Below, in pieces: positions 33,281 through 42,508 of a DNA stretch of 64,000 nucleotides. Source of the stretch: an uncultured Gemmatimonadales bacterium (GTDB lineage Bacteria; Gemmatimonadota; Gemmatimonadetes; Gemmatimonadales; GWC2-71-9); contig CAVZZO010000001.1 of assembly GCA_963779755.1 (NCBI GenBank), positions 320,001-384,000 on the forward strand, read 5' to 3'. The translations under genes were made by a program, and so were the position numbers. Positions within the stretch are counted from its first letter, which is position 1; each line of letters starts with the position of its first letter. The notes below the pieces were generated by a model, which saw nothing but the letters and a program-made list of their open reading frames with translations, was not told where the DNA came from and did not search any database.

Positions 33281-33454
33281 TCAGGGCGCGGAGTTCAGCG
33301 AGTCCTTGGCCGTGCTGAACACGTTGCTGATGGAGTTGCGGAAGATGATCACGATTGCGATCAGGAACACGGCGACCAGAGCCACCATCAAGGCGTACTC
33401 GGTCATGGTCTGCCCACTCTCTTCCTGCCAGAAACTTTTGAGCAGCGCGCTCAT
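33281..33454 (-). CDS. flp: Flp type IVb pilin
   Basis: EESG|QTMTEY Flp motif, hydrophobic helix, GGAGG RBS. Confidence 0.95.
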   Translation of the reverse strand: MSALLKSFWQEESGQTMTEYALMVALVAVFLIAIVIIFRNSISNVFSTAKDSLNSAP

Positions 33455-34006
33455 GTTGCCCCCTCCGGCCTTCAGGCCACTATTGGTGATTAGATCCTCG
33501 ACACTGTTGTACGGCTGGACGTCCACAGCTTATGCAGATTGCGTGCGTGATTCGTCGCTCCTTTTCTAAACGCTTGTACCAGAATGGGTTTAGCTAACCG
33601 TGTGCCGGCCATATCTGCTGTGGCGTGCAGGCCGGGGTGTTTCACGATGCCAACATTCGGTCCAATACCCCCTTATCGCCGCTCTGCCGGGAGTCCTTCC
33701 GGCCGTCGACCTCCGGCTAACTAGCTGCTTTGTCATGGGCTTGATCTGTTTTGGCGGCACCGCACTCGCGGATTCGTCATTTTGCAACAAGTGTTGGTGG
33801 CGTGCCTCAAGGGAGTCTGACCGCAGGGATTCGGGCAGATAGAGGCACTTCCGAGGGTCTGTTCTCCGTTGCACCCTGTCGAGTCCGGAGCCGCGGGTGG
33901 CCCGGTTCCTGCTTTGCAATGAGGATTTCCGGGTGTGCCTTGGTGTGCGCTTGCGTCTGGCTCCCTTTCATAGTTTCAGGAATACGCATCCCCGAAATCT
34001 CTCTTA

Positions 34007-34690
34007 ATGCCTGAACCCATTCTTGTAGCCCTTCACACTCCTGTAACGGCCCCGCACCAGCGGCGACACTGGTCCGACTGGGGGGGGCTCGTTTTCTGGA
34101 GCGCGCTGGCGGCGCTGACCTGGCGCCGGTCTGGCGGGCTGGGTCTGCTGATGCTACCGGTGTTTGCGGGAGAGATCCTTCTGGCGCTGGCGTTTCTCAC
34201 CCGGGCACCTTCGGTGCGACAGCTCCCCGGCTGGGCGCCCAGGCTCCGCGCCTACGCCTGTACTTTTCTCTTCCCCATAGGCCTCCTGGTGGCGGCGCAC
34301 TACCGGCCGGCCTGGGTCAGCCCCACCCCATGGTTTACCGTCCGGGCGTTCGGCCTCCTGCTGTGGGCGCTTGGTCTTCTGTTCCTGCTCTGGCCTCTGT
34401 TCTATCTCCGACGCGCCTTCAGCATCATCCCGGCGGCGCGAGTGCTCATTCGTGAGGGTCCCTACCGCTTCGTGCGCCATCCGATGTATACGATTTATGT
34501 GCTCAGTTATACCGCGACCGTACTGGTGCGGCTGACGCCGGCCATGGCGCTCCTGCTCACAGCATGGGGAGTGCTGCTGGCAGCGCGCATCCGGGACGAG
34601 GAACGCGTGCTCAGTGCGGCCTTTCCGGAGTACGACGAGTACCGGCGGCGGGCGGGCGCGATTCTGCCCCGTCCGGGTGTGCTGCACTGA
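34007..34690 (+). CDS. Isoprenylcysteine carboxyl methyltransferase/PEMT-family membrane protein
   Basis: GPYRFVRHPMY and EERVL..AFPEY..Y motifs; start uncertain. Confidence 0.85.
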   Translation: MPEPILVALHTPVTAPHQRRHWSDWGGLVFWSALAALTWRRSGGLGLLMLPVFAGEILLALAFLTRAPSVRQLPGWAPRLRAYACTFLFPIGLLVAAHYRPAWVSPTPWFTVRAFGLLLWALGLLFLLWPLFYLRRAFSIIPAARVLIREGPYRFVRHPMYTIYVLSYTATVLVRLTPAMALLLTAWGVLLAARIRDEERVLSAAFPEYDEYRRRAGAILPRPGVLH

Positions 34691-36204
34691 TGTCTGCCGG
34701 CCCCTCGGCGGCTCAGCGACCCCGCGATTCGCTCCAGCCGGCGGTGTTCGATCTGGTATTCGTGCTCTGGGCGGTGGTGCTCCCCCTCGGATTTCACCGG
34801 CGACTTCTCAATAGCGACGGCGATCTGGCCCGGCACCTTCGCGTGGGCCAGTGGATGCTGGGCCATGGGTCGGTGCTGCGCACCGACATCTTCTCCTATC
34901 CCATGGCGGGGCGCCCGCTGGTTCCTTTCGAATGGCTGAGCGAGATCGCTTTCACGCTTGCCTGGCGGCTGGGCGGGCTTCCCGGGGTGGCGATTTTCTC
35001 CGGGCTCCTGATCGGACTGATCTATGCCCTCCTGGCCCGGTTTCTACTCCGGCGCGGGGTGGATCCGCTGCTGGCCTATCTCGTTACCATGGCGGCAGCG
35101 GTCGGCGGTGCGGCGCACTGGCTCGCGCGGCCCCATCTGTTCACCCTCCTGGGCACGGTCCTCCTGCTGCACCTGCTCGAACCGCGAGGACGGGCGCGGC
35201 TCTGGCCCTTCGCTCTCCTTTTCCTCTTCTGGGCCAACCTGCACGGCGGCTTCCTGTATGGCCTCGGACTGATCGGCGTCTACCTGGCGGGAAGCCTGAT
35301 CGAAGCCCTCGAGCGGCCTCGCCGTTCCGCCGCACTGGCCCGTGCGCGGCATCTGGGAGCCGCGCTCCTGGCGGGACTGCTGGCCTCACTGGTGACGCCG
35401 TCCGGAACCCGCCTCTACACCCATCTTCTCGGAGCGCTGGCGCAGCCGGGGGTGGTCAATAACACCTCGGAGTACCTGTCCCCCGATTTCCACGGGTCGA
35501 CTGCTCGTATCTTCCTGGCCCTGCTGCTTCTGACGATTGCCGCCATTTCGCTGGCGGGACGGCGAATGTCGTGGCCTCGCCTGCTGGCGGTGCTGGCGAA
35601 TCTCGCGCTGGCGCTGATGGCGCGCAGGAACATTCCGCTTTACGCCGCAACCGTGCTGCCGCTGCTGGCTCTGGAATACGATGACGCGTGGCGGCGGTTG
35701 CCGGAGTTCGGGGTGCGGCGAGTCTTCGCCCGGGATGAAGCGCGCCGCCGTTCCGGTGTGTGGTCTGCCGCCATAACCATCTGCATGGTGACACTGGCCC
35801 TGCTCCATGGCCGGATAGGCGGACGGCAACTCCTGCCCTCCGGTTTTGACCGGAGAGACTTCCCGGTCGATGCCGTCGCCCGGGCCCGTCAGGCCGGTCT
35901 CCGGGGACGGCTGTTCAATGAGTTCCTCTGGGGGGGCTATCTCATCTACTCCTGGCCGGAGCAGCGGGTGTTCATCGATGGCGGTTCCTACGATGACAAG
36001 ATGGTCCATGCCTATGCCCAGATCCTGTTTCGCACCCCGGGCTGGCGCGAAGCTCTGCGACGATGGGACGTCTCCCTGGTGCTGGTGCCGCCGGAGTCCG
36101 CCCTGGCCGACGAACTGGAGGCGGACCCCGAATGGAGCAGCTGGTACCGCGACAGCACGGCCATCCTGCTTCGACGACGGGAGCGTGACGCCGCGAGTCG
36201 CTAG
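34690..36204 (+). CDS. Polytopic membrane protein, probable GT-C fold glycosyltransferase
   Basis: DGDLARHL..G, EWL, ARPH, WANLHGGF, VFIDG; many TM segments and a soluble C-terminal domain. Confidence 0.65.
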   Translation: MSAGPSAAQRPRDSLQPAVFDLVFVLWAVVLPLGFHRRLLNSDGDLARHLRVGQWMLGHGSVLRTDIFSYPMAGRPLVPFEWLSEIAFTLAWRLGGLPGVAIFSGLLIGLIYALLARFLLRRGVDPLLAYLVTMAAAVGGAAHWLARPHLFTLLGTVLLLHLLEPRGRARLWPFALLFLFWANLHGGFLYGLGLIGVYLAGSLIEALERPRRSAALARARHLGAALLAGLLASLVTPSGTRLYTHLLGALAQPGVVNNTSEYLSPDFHGSTARIFLALLLLTIAAISLAGRRMSWPRLLAVLANLALALMARRNIPLYAATVLPLLALEYDDAWRRLPEFGVRRVFARDEARRRSGVWSAAITICMVTLALLHGRIGGRQLLPSGFDRRDFPVDAVARARQAGLRGRLFNEFLWGGYLIYSWPEQRVFIDGGSYDDKMVHAYAQILFRTPGWREALRRWDVSLVLVPPESALADELEADPEWSSWYRDSTAILLRRRERDAASR

Positions 36205-36205
36205 A

Positions 36206-36298
36206 TAACTGCAACACGGAGACCCGGAGCACCGGAGATTCACGCAGAAGCAGTTTCTCCGTGGCCCTCCGAAGCTCCGTGTCACCGTGTTGCAGTTA
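36206..36298. repeat. MITE/REP-like palindromic element with CACGGAGA-like octamers
   Basis: Perfect 14-bp terminal inverted repeats TAACTGCAACACGG/CCGTGTTGCAGTTA, 93 bp in total. Confidence 0.8.
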
Positions 36299-36439
36299 CG
36301 GGACCTGAGCCAACCCGCAGTACCAAGACGCCGGCAGGGTCCACAACGCGTCCTTCCAGATTGGTTCCGTGACCCACCATTGCTCCGACCATCTGCCTTT
36401 TCCCCACACGATTTCCGGAAGCGCCGCTAGATTCTCTGC

Positions 36440-38326
36440 ATGAACCGCTACGATGTCATCATCGTCGGAGGGGGCCACGCCGGAGCCGAGGCAGCTACCG
36501 CCGCCGCGCGCTCAGGCGCCGCGACACTTCTCCTGACGCAGAATCTCGAAACCATCGGCCAGATGTCCTGCAACCCCGCGATCGGCGGGATCGCCAAGGG
36601 CACGGTGGCCCGCGAGGTCGACGCGCTGGGCGGCATCATGGGGCGCGCCACCGACCGGGCGGGGATTCAGTTCCGCATGCTCAACCTTTCCAAGGGGCCG
36701 GCCGTGTGGTCACCCCGTGCGCAGTGCGATCGCGCCCTCTACCGCCGGGCAGTGCGGACGCTGCTGGAGGAGCAGCCGCGTCTGGATTTTGTCCAGGCCA
36801 CCGTCGCCGGGCTGGAGATGCAAGGAGCCAGAGTGGTGGGCGTGCGGACGTCCGAGGGGCGTACCTTTCATGCGCGGGCGGTGGTGATCACCGCAGGGAC
36901 CTTTCTGCGAGGGCGGATCCACCTGGGACTCGATACCAGGATCGCCGCAGGCCGGGCAGGGGATCCTCCTTCAGTTGAGCTTGCGCAAGTTATTGAAGGA
37001 CTTGGACTTACAGTAGAACGCTTCAAGACGGGAACCCCACCAAGAATCGATGGGCGCACGGTAGATTTCTCTCGGCTCACCCGTCAGGACGGCGATGCGT
37101 CTCCCTTCTGGTTTTCCTTCTATGCCCGGGCTCGCCACCCGGAGCAGCGACCCTGCTACCTGACCTGGGCCGGGGAGGAAGTGAAGGAGATCATTCTCCG
37201 CCACCTGAACGAGTCAGCTCTCTACGGGGGTGTGATCAGTGGGCGTGGTCCACGCTACTGTCCCTCGGTCGAAGACAAGGTGGTGAAGTTCCCCGATGCG
37301 CCGCGGCACCAAGTATTTCTCGAGCCCGAGGGCCTGGACACAGCCGAGCTGTACGTTAACGGCCTTTCCACGTCGCTGCCGGCGGCAGTCCAGCTGGCGT
37401 TTCTGCGGCGGGTTCCTGGCCTGGAACGGGCCAGAATGACGCGGCCCGGGTACGCCATCGAGTACGACTACTTCCCGCCAACCCAGCTGCGGCCCACGCT
37501 GGCGCTGCGGGAGGTCGAGGGGCTGTACTTTGCCGGCCAGATCAACGGCACCACCGGCTACGAGGAAGCCGCCGGCCAGGGAGTGCTGGCCGGGCTCAAT
37601 GCCGCCGCCGAGGCGCTGGAACAGGAGCCGGTGGTACTGGGGAGAGATGAGGCCTATCTGGGGGTGCTGATCGACGATCTGGTTACGCGCGGGGTGGACG
37701 AGCCATACCGGCTGTTCACCTCGAGGGCCGAGTACCGACTCCTGCTGAGGCAGGACAATGCCTTGCGCCGTCTCCTTCCCCTGGCCGACCGCCGCGGGTT
37801 ACTGAACGACGCAGAATTGCGAGCAGGGTATGCGAGGCTGGAGGAGGAAGAGCGCATCATGGGGCTGGCCCGCTCGACGGCGGTGCCTCCGATGATGGCG
37901 AATCCCATCCTGCTCTCCGCGGGGAGCAGCCCGGTCTCGGAGCCGGTGCGGGCGTTCGAGCTGGCTCGGCGCCCCGGGGTGTCTTTGTCGGACCTGCTCC
38001 AGGCGGCGGGCGTTCCCGCGGACCCCGAGCACGCTTCCTGGGCCGAGGTCGAACTGAAATATCAGGGGTATATCCAGCGGGAGCGGGAATCCGCCAGACG
38101 TCTGGTGGAGATGGACGCGTTCAACCTCCCTGAAGACCTGCCTTGGCTCAGCCTGAGCGCAATATCCTACGAAGCGCGAGAAAAGCTGGCGCGTAGCCGC
38201 CCAGTCTCGCTGGGCCAGGCGAGCCGGATTCCTGGCGTATCCCCCAGCGACCTTCAGGGGCTGGTGCTGGAGGTAACCCGTCGTGGCGTTTCACGTGAAA
38301 CACCGCCAGCCCAGTCCGGGACCTGA
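36440..38326 (+). CDS. mnmG: tRNA U34 modification enzyme MnmG (GidA)
   Basis: [50 protein letters not shown]. Confidence 0.99.
   Translation: MNRYDVIIVGGGHAGAEAATAAARSGAATLLLTQNLETIGQMSCNPAIGGIAKGTVAREVDALGGIMGRATDRAGIQFRMLNLSKGPAVWSPRAQCDRALYRRAVRTLLEEQPRLDFVQATVAGLEMQGARVVGVRTSEGRTFHARAVVITAGTFLRGRIHLGLDTRIAAGRAGDPPSVELAQVIEGLGLTVERFKTGTPPRIDGRTVDFSRLTRQDGDASPFWFSFYARARHPEQRPCYLTWAGEEVKEIILRHLNESALYGGVISGRGPRYCPSVEDKVVKFPDAPRHQVFLEPEGLDTAELYVNGLSTSLPAAVQLAFLRRVPGLERARMTRPGYAIEYDYFPPTQLRPTLALREVEGLYFAGQINGTTGYEEAAGQGVLAGLNAAAEALEQEPVVLGRDEAYLGVLIDDLVTRGVDEPYRLFTSRAEYRLLLRQDNALRRLLPLADRRGLLNDAELRAGYARLEEEERIMGLARSTAVPPMMANPILLSAGSSPVSEPVRAFELARRPGVSLSDLLQAAGVPADPEHASWAEVELKYQGYIQRERESARRLVEMDAFNLPEDLPWLSLSAISYEAREKLARSRPVSLGQASRIPGVSPSDLQGLVLEVTRRGVSRETPPAQSGT
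38287..38302. promoter_or_regulatory. parS site 1 (inside the mnmG 3' end)
   Basis: CGTTTCACGTGAAACA, 15/16 match to TGTTTCACGTGAAACA. Confidence 0.92.
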
Positions 38327-38333
38327 TCGAGCA

Positions 38334-38349
38334 CGTTTCACGTGAAACA
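38334..38349. promoter_or_regulatory. parS site 2
   Basis: CGTTTCACGTGAAACA, identical to site 1, directly upstream of parA. Confidence 0.92.
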
Positions 38350-38478
38350 CTCTTGGTCCCACCCCGTAACCCGTAGCTCCTGGTTTCTTCTTCCCCTATA
38401 TTGCCCTGGCCACGCGAGAGCCACTCGGGTGGATGCCTTAGGATAAGTTAATATATAACAACGAGTTGTGAACGAAGC

Positions 38479-39306
38479 ATGGGACGGGTCATCGCTATCG
38501 CCAATCAGAAGGGCGGCGTGGGGAAGACCACCACCGCCATTAATCTCTCCGCTTCCCTCGCCATCGCCGAGAAGAAAACCCTGCTGGTGGACGCCGATCC
38601 CCAGGGCAACGCGACGAGCGGGATCGGGGTCGAACGGGATCAGCTGCGGTATTCGCTCTACGACGTGCTGATCGATGGCCGGCCGGTGACCGAGGTTCTC
38701 CGCACCGACGAGCGCCTGAGCGCGCTCAGCGTCGTGCCCGCCACGCAGGACCTGGTGGGCGCGGAGCTGGAACTGGTAGACCGGTTGCAGCGTGAGTATG
38801 TGCTGCGGCGCGCGCTGGATGAAGTACGGGACGACTATGATTTCATTCTGATCGATTGTCCACCGTCGCTCGGACTGCTCACGCTGAACGTGCTGACCGC
38901 GGCGGACGGGGTCATCATTCCCATCCAGTGCGAGTACTACGCGCTGGAAGGCATCAGCCAGTTGCTCAATACCATCAAGCTGGTGCAGCAGAACTTCAAT
39001 ACGGATCTCGCCATCGACGGCGTCCTGCTCACGATGTACGACTCGCGGCTCAATCTCTGCCGCCAGGTAGCGGGAGACGCCAAGGAGTACTTCGCGCAGC
39101 GGATGTTCGGGACCGTCATCCCGCGCAACGTGCGGCTGGCCGAGGCGCCCAGCTTCGGCAAGCCGATTCTGCTCTACGATGTGCAATCCGTCGGCGCCAA
39201 GAGCTACCTCGCGGTCGCCCAGGAGTTGATGCGTCGCGCCGCCGCGCCGCCGCCGCCCGAGGAACTCCCGGGGCAGGCGGCGTCCCACGCCCTGCCGGAG
39301 ATGTGA
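38479..39306 (+). CDS. parA: Chromosome partitioning ATPase ParA/Soj
   Basis: NQKGGVGKTT, DPQGNAT, DCPPSLG, QCEYYALEG, PRNVRLAEAPS. Confidence 0.98.
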   Translation: MGRVIAIANQKGGVGKTTTAINLSASLAIAEKKTLLVDADPQGNATSGIGVERDQLRYSLYDVLIDGRPVTEVLRTDERLSALSVVPATQDLVGAELELVDRLQREYVLRRALDEVRDDYDFILIDCPPSLGLLTLNVLTAADGVIIPIQCEYYALEGISQLLNTIKLVQQNFNTDLAIDGVLLTMYDSRLNLCRQVAGDAKEYFAQRMFGTVIPRNVRLAEAPSFGKPILLYDVQSVGAKSYLAVAQELMRRAAAPPPPEELPGQAASHALPEM

Positions 39307-39308
39307 AC

Positions 39309-40187
39309 ATGAGCGAGACTCGCCGGTTGGGCCGAGGACTGGAGGCGTTGCTGGGACCGATCTCGAAGGAACAGGCTGAGCGCTCGGGCGAGCTCACCGA
39401 GGTGCCGGTGGCGGCGGTTCGTCCCAACCCTTACCAGCCCCGGAGGGAAATCAACGAGGAAGCGCTGCAGGAGCTGACCGCCTCACTGCAGGCCTCCGGT
39501 CTGCTGCAGCCGATCGTGGTGCGGAACAATCACGGCTCGTTTCAGCTCATTGCCGGTGAACGGCGCTGGCGCGCGGCGCAGCGGCTGGGCTGGAACCGGA
39601 TCCCCGCGGTGGTTAAAGATGTGGACGACCGGACGCTGCTGACTCTCGCGCTGATCGAGAACATTCAGCGCGATCAGCTGAGCGCGGTGGAAGCGGCCAC
39701 CAGCTATCAGCGGCTGATCGACGAGTTCAAGATGACGCAGGCGGAGGTGGCGCGGCTGGTGGGCAAGGACCGCTCGACCGTGGCCAACGCCCTGCGCCTT
39801 CTGGCGCTGCCGGAGCAGGTCCGCACTCTGCTCCACCAGGGACAGATCAGCGAAGGGCACGCGCGAGCCCTGCTGGGGCTCTCCGATCATACCGCGATGA
39901 CCCGGCTGGCCCAGGACGTCACCGCCCATGGCTGGTCGGTCCGCGACCTGGAAGCCCGGGTCCGTGGTGAACGCCCGGGCCGCCGGATCCGCCTGACCCC
40001 CAAGGAGCGGCCGGCCGGCTCGCCGGAGCAGCGCAAGGTGGAAGAGGTGCTGCGCCGGCGCCTGGGCACCGACGTACGGGTCACCGCCAAGCGGCGGGGG
40101 CGGGGCCTGCTGTCCATCAGCTACTACTCCAACGACGACCTCAGCAGGATCCTGGAGCTGATTCTGGGAGAGCCATTCGAGGGATGA
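39309..40187 (+). CDS. parB: Chromosome partitioning protein ParB/Spo0J
   Basis: LGRGLEALL, NPYQPR, AGERRWRA, ENIQR, RSTVANALRLL. Confidence 0.98.
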   Translation: MSETRRLGRGLEALLGPISKEQAERSGELTEVPVAAVRPNPYQPRREINEEALQELTASLQASGLLQPIVVRNNHGSFQLIAGERRWRAAQRLGWNRIPAVVKDVDDRTLLTLALIENIQRDQLSAVEAATSYQRLIDEFKMTQAEVARLVGKDRSTVANALRLLALPEQVRTLLHQGQISEGHARALLGLSDHTAMTRLAQDVTAHGWSVRDLEARVRGERPGRRIRLTPKERPAGSPEQRKVEEVLRRRLGTDVRVTAKRRGRGLLSISYYSNDDLSRILELILGEPFEG

Positions 40188-40981
40188 ACGACCAGCGGCA
40201 ACCCGGCTACACCGTCATCGTGCACCGGGACGGACGGATCGAATCACGCTCCTTCCATGTCCCCTTCTGGGCCTGGCGGTCGGGTATGATCGGCGGCGGC
40301 GTCCTGGCCGCGGTCCTGTTGCTGGGTCTCGCATTGTACCTGCCAGTCATACGCCTTGCGGCACGGGTCCCGGGCCTGCAGGCCGAGGTGGCCCGGCTCC
40401 GGAGCGATAACGAGAAGATCCGGACCCTGGCGGTGGAGCTGGACAGCCTGGAATCCCAGTACGGAAAGGTGCGCCAGATGCTCGGCGCCGACACCCGCGA
40501 CTCCGACCGGGCGGATACCACCCAACTTGCGGTCGCACCGCGCATTGTCGTTCGAGGCGACCGGGCGGCAGACTACTACCCCGCCGGTCCGGGGATTCCT
40601 GCCTTCTGGCCGCTGGACGATTCAGGGTTTGTCACCCGCGGCTATCTCGATTCCCGCAACGCCGACGAGCCGCACGCTGGCATCGATATCGCGGTGCCGG
40701 TAGGGACGATGGTCCGCGCGTCCGGCGGCGGCAGCGTGGCCGAGACGGGCAGCGATCCGGAGTACGGCACCTACGTGCTGATTCAGCATCCCGACAACTA
40801 CCAGTCCATGTATGGCCATCTCTCTCGCAGCCTGGTGGCGGCGGGAGACTCGGTCGCCGCGGGCGCGGTCATCGCACTGTCGGGCAACAGCGGCCGGTCG
40901 AGCGCGCCGCATCTTCACTTTGAAATCCGGCGCTCGGGCCGCACGCTCGACCCATTGACGCTGGTGAAGGAGGGACAGTAG
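40184..40981 (+). CDS. M23 metallopeptidase with TM and coiled coil
   Basis: HAGID and PHLHFE zinc motifs; ATGA overlap with parB. Confidence 0.93.
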   Translation: MNDQRQPGYTVIVHRDGRIESRSFHVPFWAWRSGMIGGGVLAAVLLLGLALYLPVIRLAARVPGLQAEVARLRSDNEKIRTLAVELDSLESQYGKVRQMLGADTRDSDRADTTQLAVAPRIVVRGDRAADYYPAGPGIPAFWPLDDSGFVTRGYLDSRNADEPHAGIDIAVPVGTMVRASGGGSVAETGSDPEYGTYVLIQHPDNYQSMYGHLSRSLVAAGDSVAAGAVIALSGNSGRSSAPHLHFEIRRSGRTLDPLTLVKEGQ

Positions 40982-40983
40982 CC

Positions 40984-41478
40984 ATGGCGATCTTCTCGCA
41001 ACAGCCCCAGCAGCGGCCGGACCGCCCGGCCGAGGAGCCGCGCAAGCGCAGCGACGGCAGCACCGGTTTCTCTATCGTGGGGCCGGGCATGTCGATCGTC
41101 GGCGATCTCACCACCGACGGCGTGGTGAAGGTCGAAGGACGGATCCAGGGGTCGGTCAAGGCAGCCCAGCAGGTGCTGGTGGCCCAGGGAGCAGTCATCG
41201 AGGGCGACATCGAGACCCGCGAGGCCATCGTGGGTGGTGAGGTGCGTGGAGTGGTGCGTGCCACTGAGCGGATCGAGATCCAGGGTACCTGCCTGGTGGA
41301 GGGGGACATCGTCACGCCCCGCCTCACCATTCTTGAGGGAGGGCAGGTTAACGGCGAGATCAAGATGGGTGACCGGGCCCGCCCCCAGCCTGAGCCGGCG
41401 GTCAAGAAGGAGTCAAACGTTCCGGCGGGGCTGCCGGGCAAGCCGGTCGAAAAGCCCGAGCTTTCCCACATTCGTTGA
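40984..41478 (+). CDS. Bactofilin (polymer-forming cytoskeletal protein)
   Basis: SIVGPGMSIVGDL, VEGRIQG, GAVIEGDI, EGGQVNGEIKM. Confidence 0.93.
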   Translation: MAIFSQQPQQRPDRPAEEPRKRSDGSTGFSIVGPGMSIVGDLTTDGVVKVEGRIQGSVKAAQQVLVAQGAVIEGDIETREAIVGGEVRGVVRATERIEIQGTCLVEGDIVTPRLTILEGGQVNGEIKMGDRARPQPEPAVKKESNVPAGLPGKPVEKPELSHIR

Positions 41479-41606
41479 TAAGTGCCCCGAATCTGTGGAT
41501 ATACAAGAGCTTACGCTGCCAGCCTTCGCACGATCATATCGGCTCAATGCCTAAGTATTGCTATCGTGGCGCCATTATGTCGTTATAGTGGCGCCATGAG
41601 AGCGCA

Positions 41607-42386
41607 ATGAGCGGCGCAAGTCTGGGGGAAATCACCGGGTATCTCGACCGGTACCTCCGGATCGCTGAGGTCCCCGATTCGCCGGGCGCAGTGAACGGTC
41701 TCGAAGTAGCGAACCAGGGGCGAGTGGGGCACGTGATTGCCGCGGTGGATGCCTGCCAGGCCAGCGTCGATTACGCCGCCCACCAGGCCGGCAGCCGGCC
41801 GGGGGAACCGCCCCTGCTGCTGGTCCACCACGGCCTCTTCTGGGACGGTGCGGTGCCGGTGACCGGCCGCCATTATCGTCGGCTGCGCCAGCTTCTCACC
41901 CACGACGTGGCCGTTTACGCCGCCCATATTCCGCTGGACCTGCACCCCGAAATCGGAAACAACGTTGTCCTGGCAGGCGAGCTGGGGCTTCCCGTTGCGG
42001 GGTGGTTCGGTGACTACCGGGGCGTTGCGCTGGGCGTCTGGGGTGGAATGGCCGTTTCCCGGGAGGGTCTGGCCGACCGGCTGCGGGAATTGCTGCAGGG
42101 GCAGGTGCGTCTCATCCCGGGCGGGCCGGCAATGACCGAGCGGATCGGGATCATCACCGGAGCCGGAGGCAGCATGATCGCCCAGGCCAGGGCGGCCGGG
42201 ATCGACACGCTGGTGACCGGGGAGGGGGCCCACCATACCTTCTTCGACGCCATGGAAGAATGCGTCAACGTCCTCTACGCCGGTCACTATGCCACCGAGC
42301 AGTGCGGCGTGAAGGCTCTGGCCGGGCACCTGGCGGAACGATTCGGGTTGAGCTGGGAATTCCATCACCACCCCACCGGACTCTGA
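41607..42386 (+). CDS. Nif3-like dinuclear metal-centre protein
   Basis: NGLEV, VHHGLFW, AHIPLDLHPEIGNN, TGE, GHYATE. Confidence 0.95.
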   Translation: MSGASLGEITGYLDRYLRIAEVPDSPGAVNGLEVANQGRVGHVIAAVDACQASVDYAAHQAGSRPGEPPLLLVHHGLFWDGAVPVTGRHYRRLRQLLTHDVAVYAAHIPLDLHPEIGNNVVLAGELGLPVAGWFGDYRGVALGVWGGMAVSREGLADRLRELLQGQVRLIPGGPAMTERIGIITGAGGSMIAQARAAGIDTLVTGEGAHHTFFDAMEECVNVLYAGHYATEQCGVKALAGHLAERFGLSWEFHHHPTGL

Positions 42387-42508
42387 GGCAGCCCGCCCGC
42401 CGCACACATTCCGCGTGACAGGGGCTACAGCCTCCGCCCGTCTCTCCCGCCTATTCTGCTGGTCCTCAGCACTGCTGAATTCTGAACCGCTGGCGGAGGC
42501 GGGTACGC

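Noticed and set aside
33638..33655. Third parS site (TGTTTCACGATGCCAACA)
   Set aside because: Only the left half matches; spacing and right half are broken
33590..34014. ORFs in the spacer between flp and the methyltransferase gene
   Set aside because: Atypical codon usage, no RBS or motifs; more likely a divergent promoter region
36961..37130. AT-richer stretch within mnmG as an insertion or intein
   Set aside because: The frame is intact, it encodes conserved MnmG sequence (FKTGTPPR), and the protein length is normal
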